A DNA stretch of 64,000 bases from positions 3,162 through 67,161 of the forward strand of contig JBFHIG010000002.1 of NCBI GenBank assembly GCA_041596615.1. Reading direction: 5' to 3'. Below, piece after piece: positions 18,160 to 26,802 of this stretch; position 1 is the first letter of the stretch; every line of letters starts with the position of its first letter. This DNA is from Candidatus Moraniibacteriota bacterium. Its GTDB lineage: Bacteria > Patescibacteriota > Minisyncoccia > Moranbacterales > DUUL01. Position numbers and translations under genes: made by a program. The notes under the pieces were generated by a model, which searched no databases, was not told where the DNA came from, and saw nothing but the letters and a program-made list of their open reading frames with translations.

Positions 18160-18921
18160 CTATTTTTTCTCTCTAATTTTTGTTCTATCTAACTCATCAA
18201 TAACTATTTTTGCCACCACCAAAGCATCCACATTGTGTCTTCCGTGTTTTTCTATCTCAAAAAATTCTTTTTTCTTTTTATAATCAAGCGAAAAACTTTG
18301 ACCAGCATCACTTTCTTCTAAATCAGAAATAATTGCATCAGAAGACTCATCTTCTCCAAAAAGAATTGTTTTCGACTTCAGACCGATTGCTAAATTTTTC
18401 GTCCTTATGTCATCACCATTTAGAATCAATGTTCCATCAGATGGAATTTCTTTTGCCAATATGGCAAATTCTTTTGCTATATCATCAAGTGTGGTCTCTA
18501 ATCCCGGGAAATTCCTATCAACGTTTGTAATTATAGCAATTTTTGGCTTAACTAAAGATAAAAGATATTTCATATCACCTGGGCGATCAACGCCCATTTC
18601 CAAAACTAAAATCTTGGGAAATTTTCTTGAAAAAATTGAGATGCAAGTTCCTGTCAATAGAACGTCAACCCATCTAAAAATAGAAGCTGAACCAGATGGA
18701 AGGAAAAGCACTGCCAATGGCAAACCTATTTCAGTATTAAAACTCTTGGGGTTTCCACGAACATCTGCATCGCGACCCAGTTCATCTAAAATAGTTTCCT
18801 TTACAAATGTTTTGTTGGTTGTCCCAGCAACGGCGATCACAAAAGGTTTGTGTCTCAACAAAACAAGTTTGGTTAAAAATTTTAAATAAACTTGGACTAC
18901 TACTTTTAAAATTTTTTTCAT
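18160..18921 (-). CDS. Stand-alone Mur-ligase central-domain protein (MurF-like) with a degenerate P-loop
   Basis: 253-aa ORF. VIAVAGTTNKT occupies the place of GxxGKT. SFNTEIGLPLAVL matches the MurF NFNNEIGLP signature. LEMGVDRPGDMKYL...IAIITNV is also present. No N-terminal or C-terminal Mur domain is encoded, because the flanking genes abut. Confidence 0.6.
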   Translation of the reverse strand: MKKILKVVVQVYLKFLTKLVLLRHKPFVIAVAGTTNKTFVKETILDELGRDADVRGNPKSFNTEIGLPLAVLFLPSGSASIFRWVDVLLTGTCISIFSRKFPKILVLEMGVDRPGDMKYLLSLVKPKIAIITNVDRNFPGLETTLDDIAKEFAILAKEIPSDGTLILNGDDIRTKNLAIGLKSKTILFGEDESSDAIISDLEESDAGQSFSLDYKKKKEFFEIEKHGRHNVDALVVAKIVIDELDRTKIREKK

Positions 18922-18937
18922 TTATTTCTAATGAGAG

Positions 18938-20185
18938 TTATTCGATTAACTTAATAAATTTATTAATTCTCTTCATAGCTTTTTCTATATTTTCCTTGCG
19001 ACGTCCAAAGCAAAATCTTAAATGAGCCTCCCCTTCTTTCCCGAAGGCTACCCCTGGAACAAGTGCGACTTTAGCCGTGTTCAATAATTCAATTGCAAAT
19101 CTCCAGGAAATTGAATTTTTCTGATATTCTTTCAGGTTGTTTTGTTTTTTATCCTTTTTCTTTTCATATTTTCTAAAAGCAGTAACCAGTTTATCACTCA
19201 TCTTAGGAAAAACAAAATAAGCAGAAGATGGTGTTTGATACTCAAACCAATCGGCTAATTTATCAAGTTCCTTGCAAATAAAGTCTTTTCTCTGTCTGAA
19301 AATTTCCTTGTATTCTATGATTTCACTCCCTGCCATTTCAAGGGCAGCTAGGGCTCCCCACTGTGAAACCACTGGTGCGCAAGTAACCAGAGCGTCATGG
19401 ACCCCTAAAATTTTCTCTGCTAATGTTTTGTCAGTGGCTAAATATGCAACCCTCCAACCAGTCATAGCATATGATTTAGAAAAAGAAAAAATAAAAACGA
19501 ATCTTTTGCGTAGAGCTGAGAACTGCGCTAATGAAAAAAAGTCTTGATCAGAATAAATAAAATCTTTATATACCTCATCTGCTAGAATGTAAAGATTGTG
19601 AATTTGTGCAAGCTCTCCTAATTGCATCAACTGTTCTCGAGAAAAAACTGTTCCGGTTGGATTATTTGGATTGCAATATAAAATTGCCTTTGTTTTTGGA
19701 GTTATTCTTTTTTTAAATTCCTCAATATCAAAATCCCAGCCATTTTCTTCCTTCAAGGGCACGAAAACTGGGATTCCACGAGCAGTTTTAATAGCAGATT
19801 GATAAGAAGTGTAAGTTGGATCAGGAATTAAGACTTCATCGCCTGGCTCCAGAAGAGCCAAAAAAGTTGCCGTTATTGCCTCAATTGAACCAGCTGTAAC
19901 AATAATTTCTTTTTCAAAATCATAAAAAATATTTCTTTTTGCCAAGCTATACTCGATTGCTTCTCTTAATTCCAAAATCCCAGGAGACAAAGAATATCTA
20001 GCCACTCTTCCATCCTCAATCGCCTCGATAGCCCTCCTTTTGATACAAAGAGGTGTATCAAAACTTGGGATTCCTTGAGCTAATGATACTACATCTGAAA
20101 TCTTTGAACTACGAATCTCCATCTCCTTTATTGGAGATATTCTAATTTCATCTTTCACTTGAGGTTTTATTTGATTTTTTATCAT
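18938..20185 (-). CDS. PLP-dependent aminotransferase, class I/II (AspC-like)
   Basis: 415-aa ORF with the PLP-lysine context SFSKSYAMTGWRVAY, CNPNNPTG, and the overall family layout. Confidence 0.85.
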   Translation of the reverse strand: MIKNQIKPQVKDEIRISPIKEMEIRSSKISDVVSLAQGIPSFDTPLCIKRRAIEAIEDGRVARYSLSPGILELREAIEYSLAKRNIFYDFEKEIIVTAGSIEAITATFLALLEPGDEVLIPDPTYTSYQSAIKTARGIPVFVPLKEENGWDFDIEEFKKRITPKTKAILYCNPNNPTGTVFSREQLMQLGELAQIHNLYILADEVYKDFIYSDQDFFSLAQFSALRKRFVFIFSFSKSYAMTGWRVAYLATDKTLAEKILGVHDALVTCAPVVSQWGALAALEMAGSEIIEYKEIFRQRKDFICKELDKLADWFEYQTPSSAYFVFPKMSDKLVTAFRKYEKKKDKKQNNLKEYQKNSISWRFAIELLNTAKVALVPGVAFGKEGEAHLRFCFGRRKENIEKAMKRINKFIKLIE

Positions 20186-20338
20186 CTAAATTATAACAAA
20201 AAATCATGCTTTGTCTATTTTTTAGCCAAAAAAGGCTTTTGTCAAAATTTGCTTTTCAAGACTCCGGGGTATAGTTTAAAAAAGATATTCCTGTATTTTT
20301 ATGCAATTATTATAACCTCACTAAATTTGCAAAAAAAA

Positions 20339-21277
20339 TTATGATTTATAAGCCAGTGCAATAAGCTTATCCAAAAATTCTGAAAATCCCATTCCAGCGG
20401 CTTTTGCAGATTTAGGTGCCAAGGAAGTAGCGGTCATTCCGGGGATTGTGTTGATTTCAAGAAAATAAATTTTGTCATTTTTATTATCCCAAATAAAATC
20501 TGCCCTTGCTAAATCTTTACAGCCAATAGCGCTAAACACCTTAACCGCTAATAACTGAAGTTCATCACGAATTTCATCAATAATTTCCGCGGGACAAATC
20601 TCATCACAAGCTCCTGAGGTATATTTAGCTTCATAATCAAACCACTGGGAATTTTTAGGCACAATTTCAACTACCGGAAAAGCTTTGGGGTTTTCTGCTC
20701 CCATAACCAAAACTGTCAATTCTCTGCCTTTAATATATTGCTCAAACATTACAATTTTATCATGCTCAAAAGCGGTTAAAATTCCTTCTTCTAGCTCTTC
20801 TTTGTTTTTCGCAATTGAAATTCCGACAGAAGAACCAAGTTCTATTGGTTTAATCACAACTGGAAAACCTAAGGTTTCCACTTCCTTTCTTCTTTTTATT
20901 ATTTCAGTTTTTTTAACAGTTACTGATCTTGCCACTCCTAGACCTGCTTCTTTGGCAATTATTTTTGCCTTAGCTTTGTTCATAGCAAGAGCACTAGCAA
21001 GACAACCAGAGAAAACATAGGACACTCCAATCATATCCATCAGCCCCTGTAATTTTCCATCTTCACCAAATGGACCATGAAGAGCGGGAAATACAAGGTC
21101 AAATTTTTTCAAAAAAGCATCTTGAATAAATTTTTCCAATTCCATTTCTGGGTCATAACGAAAAATTTCATATTTCTCTTTATCAAGTGCTTCAAAAATT
21201 TGCTTCCCTGTGTTTAAAGAAACTTCCCTTTCGCCAGAAATTCCTCCGGCTAGTAATGCTAACTTTATTTTTGCCAT
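20339..21277 (-). CDS. ddl: D-alanine--D-alanine ligase
   Basis: N-terminus KLALLAGGISGEREVSLNTG, ALHGPFGEDGKLQG, an ATP-grasp core, and a C-terminal LEINTIPGMT motif. Confidence 0.9.
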   Translation of the reverse strand: MAKIKLALLAGGISGEREVSLNTGKQIFEALDKEKYEIFRYDPEMELEKFIQDAFLKKFDLVFPALHGPFGEDGKLQGLMDMIGVSYVFSGCLASALAMNKAKAKIIAKEAGLGVARSVTVKKTEIIKRRKEVETLGFPVVIKPIELGSSVGISIAKNKEELEEGILTAFEHDKIVMFEQYIKGRELTVLVMGAENPKAFPVVEIVPKNSQWFDYEAKYTSGACDEICPAEIIDEIRDELQLLAVKVFSAIGCKDLARADFIWDNKNDKIYFLEINTIPGMTATSLAPKSAKAAGMGFSEFLDKLIALAYKS

Positions 21278-21378
21278 TTTTTTTATTAGTTACTTTTTGT
21301 TATTACTATTTTTTTAAAAAAATAATAAAGACCCCCTCTTAGAATAAAAAACTCACCTCCTGGTGAGCTTTTTAAATT

Positions 21379-22698
21379 CTATTTTTTCGCTTCGATTTTG
21401 CTAATTCCGTTTGGCATATACCTTTGTAAAACTTTTGGAATTGCAACTGAACCATCGGCCTGTTGAAAGTTCTCTAGAATTGCGATGATAAATCTTGGGG
21501 AAGGAATCGCCGTGTTATTAAGCATAAATACATTTTTTCGATTCCCTTCTTCATCTTTATATTTCACATTTAATCTTCGTGATTGCCAGTCCAAAAAATT
21601 TGACGCGCTTCCAGTCTCTCCATACCCATTTCGTGAAGGCATCCAAACTTCCATATCAAACATGCGATATTTTCCTGCGCTCATGTCTCCAGTACAAATT
21701 TCCAAAACTCGATATGGCAAACCAATTTCTCGATGAAGTTCTTTGGAAATCTCCAACATTTCTTTATGCAATTTCTCAGCCTTTTCGATATCAGCCTCAC
21801 AAATACAAACCTGTTCCACTTTCATAAATTCATGCACACGATAAAGTCCTTTAGTATCCTTTCCATATGAACCAATTTCACTTCGATAACATTGAGAAAA
21901 TCCACACATTTTCAAAGGTAAATTATTTTTTTCCAAAACTTCATTTGAATAATATGCCAAAAGTGATGGCTCTGCTGTTCCAATTAAAAATTTATTTTCT
22001 TTATTCGATTGTCCGTCTGCTTCAATTTCTTTATTTTCTATTTTATAAATTTCGTCTTTTTTTTCATCAAATTTTTTTCCAGCAAAATATCCGCTTCCGA
22101 AAAGCACATTTTCTTTTACAAGAGTTGGTGGAATCATTGGCATAAAACCTTTTTGTACTAATTTCTCTAAAGCATACATCATCAGTGCCATTTGCAAACC
22201 TGCACCTTCATTTTTCATGTAATAGCCACGATATCCAGATACTTTCACACCTCTTTCGAAATCAATAATATCCAAATCTTTTCCAAGTTGCATGTGATCT
22301 TTGGGCTCAAAATCAAATTTTGTTGGTTCTCCTTCTTTTTCAATTTCCACGTTTTCGGTTTCATCTTTTCCGACAGGAACATCTTTTGCAGTCACGGTTG
22401 GCACCTGAACCATCAACTCTTCATATTCCACACCTACTGTTCGTAAATCTTCTTCAAATTTTGCAATTTCTGTTTTTAGTTTTTTACCCTTTTCAATCTG
22501 CTCATTAGATGGACGTGTTCCTTTGGCAGAATTTGCAAGTTCGTTCCGCTCTGCACGCAACTGATCCATTTTTGTCATGATCCCTCGCCTTTTCTCATCA
22601 ATCTCCAAAAGCTGTGCTAAATCAATTTTAATATTTTTATTTTTAGCAGCTTGGGCAATTGCCTCTACATTTTCTCTGATATATTTTATGTCCAACAT
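21379..22698 (-). CDS. serS: Seryl-tRNA synthetase
   Basis: MLDIKYIRENVE start, an N-terminal coiled-coil arm, and class II motifs (FRSEIGSYGKDTKGLYRVHEF; GSASNF...). Confidence 0.95.
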   Translation of the reverse strand: MLDIKYIRENVEAIAQAAKNKNIKIDLAQLLEIDEKRRGIMTKMDQLRAERNELANSAKGTRPSNEQIEKGKKLKTEIAKFEEDLRTVGVEYEELMVQVPTVTAKDVPVGKDETENVEIEKEGEPTKFDFEPKDHMQLGKDLDIIDFERGVKVSGYRGYYMKNEGAGLQMALMMYALEKLVQKGFMPMIPPTLVKENVLFGSGYFAGKKFDEKKDEIYKIENKEIEADGQSNKENKFLIGTAEPSLLAYYSNEVLEKNNLPLKMCGFSQCYRSEIGSYGKDTKGLYRVHEFMKVEQVCICEADIEKAEKLHKEMLEISKELHREIGLPYRVLEICTGDMSAGKYRMFDMEVWMPSRNGYGETGSASNFLDWQSRRLNVKYKDEEGNRKNVFMLNNTAIPSPRFIIAILENFQQADGSVAIPKVLQRYMPNGISKIEAKK

Positions 22699-23063
22699 CT
22701 TTTTGGTTTTAAATTTAAAATAATTTTTCCAACTTTTTTCCTTATGGGGTTTATCCCACTAAATCCATTGTTAAATATCTCCCCTCGGGGATGATAAAGA
22801 TGCCAATACTTTTTCCAAAAAATTGTTTGTATTCATAATGTATCCATTTTTACATATTTAAAAGGGAATTTCAAGAGCTTAGGAATTTAGTCAAATATCA
22901 ATTCCCCAATAAGAATTTTGTAAATATAGCCGTTATTTTAACTAATGAGATGTGCACTTACTTGCAAAAAAACAAAAACAACCTATCTGTACTGCCTCTA
23001 TCCTAAAGCTACTTTCCACCCCCTATTAAGAGAAATTCTTGCTTTTCTAGAAAGTTTAAACTA

Positions 23064-23093
23064 TAAAAAAACCGAATTTGGTCGGTTTTTTTG
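23064..23093. terminator. Bidirectional rho-independent terminator
   Basis: AAAAAAACCGA-ATTTGG-TCGGTTTTTTT, immediately downstream of the minus-strand ORF that ends at 23128. Confidence 0.75.
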
Positions 23094-23127
23094 TTTATAT
23101 TGTATTTTCAAAAAACCATTTCTCTTA

Positions 23128-24144
23128 TCAGCAACCATAACAAACGTCCCAGTGAGTGCTTTCTCTAGCATAAATATTACCACTACTATCAACATACATT
23201 GGCGCTCCATCTGAACGAACACCTGTATAGGTATAATTATCAATGATATATGTATTAACTGCTGCAGTATCTTCTATGTCAACCTTATACCCATTTGCGT
23301 GAGAAAATACTCCCGTAGCATGCGGCCCTCCTTCTGCAGCACCTGTAACTATAATGGGCACCCCCACTTCACTTTGAAAGCCAATCACGCCACTAGTACT
23401 TGCTGGTCTTAATCCTTCTACCAAAGTGGCTCCTGGACTAGACTCCCAAACCGAAATATCATATGCTGCTAAGTTATCTCTAGCCGATTGCTCTGCTGCA
23501 GTTATAACACCTGCACCTGCACCTGCACCTGCGCCTGCGCCTGCACCTGCTCCTGCTCCTGCTCCTGCGCCTGCTCCTGCACCTGTAGCGGCACTAGGAG
23601 GTGCTGTATCGAAAACACTGTCAGTAATACAATTAAATTCATACCAGTGCCCGCCAGACCTAATTCCAAGATTACTTTCATCTGCGGATAAAAAAACCAA
23701 GACAGTATACACTAGCAGCCATGCGAGTAGAAAACCAGCAAAACCCATCAATGTTTTTGTGATAATTCCTTTTGCAAAAGCAGCTGTACCAGGATTTCCC
23801 ACTGAAAGAAGATATACAACTCCTCCGATAGTAAGAGATAAAATTGCAAGAATAATTATCCAAGCAAACATTAAATCAAAGATATTCTTTACCATAATAA
23901 GCATGTGGCAAAGGGTGCAGCTACTTTCTTCATCGTAAGGGGTCCTACTGTCATCACAGCTTCTTCCACAAGGCACAATAGCTCTTTCAAATTCCAAAAT
24001 GCTTATGCCAGACACCCCTTCTGAAGACTGAGAACAATTAGCTGCTTGAGCTGGATAAGGAAGTCCTAAGAAATAGACCCCCATTAAAAGAGAAGTCACT
24101 CCCAAGAGAAAAAAATTTCTGACATTTTTAATTTTTGTTTTCAT
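23128..24144 (-). CDS. Secreted/membrane fusion protein: VirB2/TrbC-like pilin module + (Gly-Ala)12 linker + M15/LAS-type zinc peptidase-like C-terminal domain
   Basis: It has a signal peptide (MKTKIKNV...PYPAQA) and a Cys-rich motif (VPCGRSCDD...CTLCH). Two hydrophobic helices follow (FAWIIILAILSLTIGGVVYLL; FAGFLLAWLLVYTVLVFL), then (GA)12. The C-terminal ~125 aa carry IVTGAAEGG...FSHANGYKVDI (H-x6-D) and ARESTHWD (ExxH). Confidence 0.6.
   Translation of the reverse strand: MKTKIKNVRNFFLLGVTSLLMGVYFLGLPYPAQAANCSQSSEGVSGISILEFERAIVPCGRSCDDSRTPYDEESSCTLCHMLIMVKNIFDLMFAWIIILAILSLTIGGVVYLLSVGNPGTAAFAKGIITKTLMGFAGFLLAWLLVYTVLVFLSADESNLGIRSGGHWYEFNCITDSVFDTAPPSAATGAGAGAGAGAGAGAGAGAGAGAGAGVITAAEQSARDNLAAYDISVWESSPGATLVEGLRPASTSGVIGFQSEVGVPIIVTGAAEGGPHATGVFSHANGYKVDIEDTAAVNTYIIDNYTYTGVRSDGAPMYVDSSGNIYARESTHWDVCYGC
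23510..23587. repeat. Imperfect hexanucleotide microsatellite (CCTGCN)x12-13 encoding (Gly-Ala)12 on the minus strand
   Basis: Direct reading gives cct gca / cct gcg / cct gct units in 12 copies plus cct gta. This is a G+C-rich tract in an AT-rich genome. Confidence 0.95.
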
Positions 24145-24191
24145 TTTTTGATTTTTCTTTTTATATAACTTAAAATAGCGCGGGATAACTT

Positions 24192-24746
24192 TTAGTTTTC
24201 AAAGAAGCAATAATTTCTATTCTGCTCTCTTAGTCTCTCCTCAATTACCGGTCTATTCACAATTGTTAGTACTAATTTCTCTGGTTTAGTCTCAAAACAA
24301 ATTTTATTTGGCAATTCTTTTTCTGCTTGCAAAAGTTGTCTATTAGTCAAATGCCTTCCGATTGTTATATGTGGGGTAAAGCTCTTTTCAAATTCTGCAT
24401 GTTCTGCTGAATAAACTTTCCCAAAAGAGCTGGTCTCTTCGATAATTTCAGCTTGCAAGTTTCTCATACTGCTATTCTCCTGAGCAGTAATCATAATGCA
24501 ATATCCTTTTGAAGTTTCTTTAATAATAACATTTTTAAAAACCATTTCAAGTTCTTTCAAAAAATATTTTGTTGAAATTTTTCTAACCAACTTTTTAAGC
24601 AACTCAACATCCCTTTCTTTTACTTCCGTTTCGTTTTTCAAAGTTAGATGATATGGGTAAGGCTTATCATATTTTATTCTAAAATCAATCAGCCATTTTG
24701 GCAAATCTTTGGGCTTAAAAACAAGTGAAATATGAAAATATTTCAT
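24192..24746 (-). CDS. 2H phosphoesterase superfamily protein (LigT/2'-5' RNA ligase-like)
   Basis: 184-aa ORF with two H-x-T-x motifs at the expected spacing (PYHLTLKN and TPHITIGR). Confidence 0.7.
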   Translation of the reverse strand: MKYFHISLVFKPKDLPKWLIDFRIKYDKPYPYHLTLKNETEVKERDVELLKKLVRKISTKYFLKELEMVFKNVIIKETSKGYCIMITAQENSSMRNLQAEIIEETSSFGKVYSAEHAEFEKSFTPHITIGRHLTNRQLLQAEKELPNKICFETKPEKLVLTIVNRPVIEERLREQNRNYCFFEN

Positions 24747-24758
24747 ACCTTAAATAAA

Positions 24759-25172
24759 TTATTTTTTGATTACTCCAAGCTTCTCAAACCAATGCTTCCA
24801 AACTTCCTCTAATTGATATTTTTTTAGATCTGCTGGAGCAATCCATTTGATTTCACGTGCCTCTTCCACTGCTTTCTCAATATTGCCACACCAAGACAGT
24901 GCTTCAAATAAAAACCAATCGTGTCCAGCTCCGCTACGACAATTATTCCATTCTACATACTCATGTAAAAGCAGTTTATATTCTTTTATATCTAAATTTG
25001 TCTCTTCTTTGGTTTCCCGAATCATAGCATCTTCGGGAGACTCTCCTTTATCAATGTGTCCAGCTGGACAAGCCCAGCCAAAGGGTTCAAAAATTCTTTC
25101 CATCATCAAAATTGCACCTTTTTGATTTCGAATTATGACACCTACGCTTTTATGCCCTTTTTCTTTTAGCAT
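24759..25172 (-). CDS. NUDIX hydrolase
   Basis: Nudix box GHIDKGESPEDAMIRETKEETNL (Gx5Ex7REUxEExGU). Confidence 0.85.
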   Translation of the reverse strand: MLKEKGHKSVGVIIRNQKGAILMMERIFEPFGWACPAGHIDKGESPEDAMIRETKEETNLDIKEYKLLLHEYVEWNNCRSGAGHDWFLFEALSWCGNIEKAVEEAREIKWIAPADLKKYQLEEVWKHWFEKLGVIKK

Positions 25173-25185
25173 TTTTATTTTTCTG

Positions 25186-26661
25186 CTATTCTGTCTTCGA
25201 TTTTTTATTTTTTTCTATAGAAAAATTTCGTGGCTTCATAAGAGGAAAAATCTGACACTCCCTCGATGAACGATCCATCAAAAAAGAGAATACCCGCTCA
25301 CTCATCCCAAAACCACAGGTTGGTGGCATACCATATTCCAAAGCTTCTACAAAGTCTTTATCATGCATCTGCGCCTCTGCGTCTCCTTCGTCTCTTAGCT
25401 GTTGCTGTTTAGCAAATCTTTCTGCCTGATCAATTGGATCATTTAACTCTGAATAGCCATTCCCTAGCTCACTTCCAGCAATAATTGGTTGGAAACGTTG
25501 TGTGATATTTGGATTTTTGACATCTTTTTTAGCAAGAGGAGAAACCGCCAACGGAACACCGACCAAAAAACCAGGCCCGGCGATTGATTTTCGGCAATAT
25601 TTCCAAAGATTATCAATTGCTCGCGTAATATTAAAGCCTTTTTTATCATATTCAACACCCAACTCTTTTAGCTTTACTTCTATTTCTTCCATGGTTGCAT
25701 GATTCACATCAATACCTGTTTTTTCTTTGATTGTTTCGGTATAGTCATACTTTTCCCATTTTTTTGAAAAATCAAGCTCAAAACCCTTGATTTTAAATTG
25801 TAATGTCCCGAAAGTTTTTTCAAAAACATATTTATACAACTCCTCTACAAGCTCCATGCCTTTTTCATAATTTGCATATGCCCAGTAAAATTCCATCTGC
25901 GTATAGTCTTGCAAATGCTCAGCGTCCATACCTTCGTTCCTAAACTGCCGTCCGATTTCAAAAGTTTTTTCAAAACCTCCCACCATAAGACGTTTCTGCC
26001 AAAGCTCTCCCATGGAAATTCGCAAATAAACGTCCAAGTCAAGTGCATTATGATGAGTCTCGAACGGCTCAGCATCTGCTCCTCCAGCAGAAATTTCTAA
26101 AACTGGGGTCTCCACTTCGATAAAACCTCTTTCCATCAAAAAACTACGCACAGCATTCCAGAAAATACTTCTTTTATAGATGATGTCTTTAGTTTCTTCA
26201 TTGAACAAAATATCTAAATATCTTTTTCTAAAAAGTTCGTCTTCATCTTGCAACGCCTTGTGCTTATCTGGCATTGGCAAAATTGATTTTGTAAGTAGCG
26301 TCAATTTGCTTGCCAAAACAGATTTTTCTCCCTTGTGCGTGTCAAACCTCTTCCCCTCTACTGCAATAAAATCACCGATATCAAGATTTTTCACCCATAA
26401 TTTATAATCGCCTTCGAACTCTTTTTTATTCAAGACTACCTGCATCCGCCCACTTTCATCCCGTAAGTGCAAAAAAGTTAGATTCCCCATATTTCGAAAC
26501 AACATTATTCTTCCAGCAATCTTAATTTCTGAATTAACTTCTTTCTTGATAACATCCTTTAGATCTTCTTTCTCAAAAGGACCTGCTGGATAAGGGTCTA
26601 TTCCAGCCTCTTTGAAGTTATTTAATTTTCTAATTTTATCTTGCTTGATATTCTCTAACAT
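25186..26661 (-). CDS. lysS: Lysyl-tRNA synthetase (class II)
   Basis: An N-terminal OB anticodon-binding domain is followed by class II motifs (FIEVETPVL; FRNEGMDAEHLQDYTQMEFY; GFGMSERV). Confidence 0.95.
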   Translation of the reverse strand: MLENIKQDKIRKLNNFKEAGIDPYPAGPFEKEDLKDVIKKEVNSEIKIAGRIMLFRNMGNLTFLHLRDESGRMQVVLNKKEFEGDYKLWVKNLDIGDFIAVEGKRFDTHKGEKSVLASKLTLLTKSILPMPDKHKALQDEDELFRKRYLDILFNEETKDIIYKRSIFWNAVRSFLMERGFIEVETPVLEISAGGADAEPFETHHNALDLDVYLRISMGELWQKRLMVGGFEKTFEIGRQFRNEGMDAEHLQDYTQMEFYWAYANYEKGMELVEELYKYVFEKTFGTLQFKIKGFELDFSKKWEKYDYTETIKEKTGIDVNHATMEEIEVKLKELGVEYDKKGFNITRAIDNLWKYCRKSIAGPGFLVGVPLAVSPLAKKDVKNPNITQRFQPIIAGSELGNGYSELNDPIDQAERFAKQQQLRDEGDAEAQMHDKDFVEALEYGMPPTCGFGMSERVFSFLMDRSSRECQIFPLMKPRNFSIEKNKKSKTE

Positions 26662-26802
26662 CGGAAATTTATTTAAGGGGATTTAAGTTATTTTCCTTTA
26701 TTTAAAGGAAAATTTCAATTTAACTTTAACAATAATTTGCTCTGTTGTCCAGAGGATTTTTAAATAAATATTTTCCAGATACCTCAAGAGTTCTTTTTTT
26801 GC

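Noticed and set aside
20186-20200. Leaderless mRNA for the aminotransferase (TGTTATAAT only 4 nt upstream of the ATG at 20185)
   Set aside because: The spacing is too short for confident start-site placement, and -10-like hexamers are frequent by chance in AT-rich spacers. It cannot be supported without 5'-end data.
22699-23060. T-box or other riboswitch leader upstream of serS (minus strand has AAUAGGGGGUGGAAAG and a UCCCC-GAG-GGGA hairpin)
   Set aside because: The GGUGG-like element lies at the 5' end of the region rather than next to a terminator/antiterminator. There is no ACCGCG core, no specifier-loop architecture and no intrinsic terminator before the start codon.
22945-23214. 89-aa plus-strand ORF in the serS/pilin-fusion intergenic region
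   Set aside because: It reads through the bidirectional terminator hairpin at 23064-23093 and into the antisense of the downstream gene. It has no SD and a low-complexity composition.
23426-23938. 170-aa plus-strand ORF containing (Pro-Ala)12
   Set aside because: It is the antisense shadow of the (Gly-Ala)12 gene. The minus-strand ORF has a signal peptide, TM helices, peptidase-like motifs and a terminator. The plus-strand ORF has none of these.
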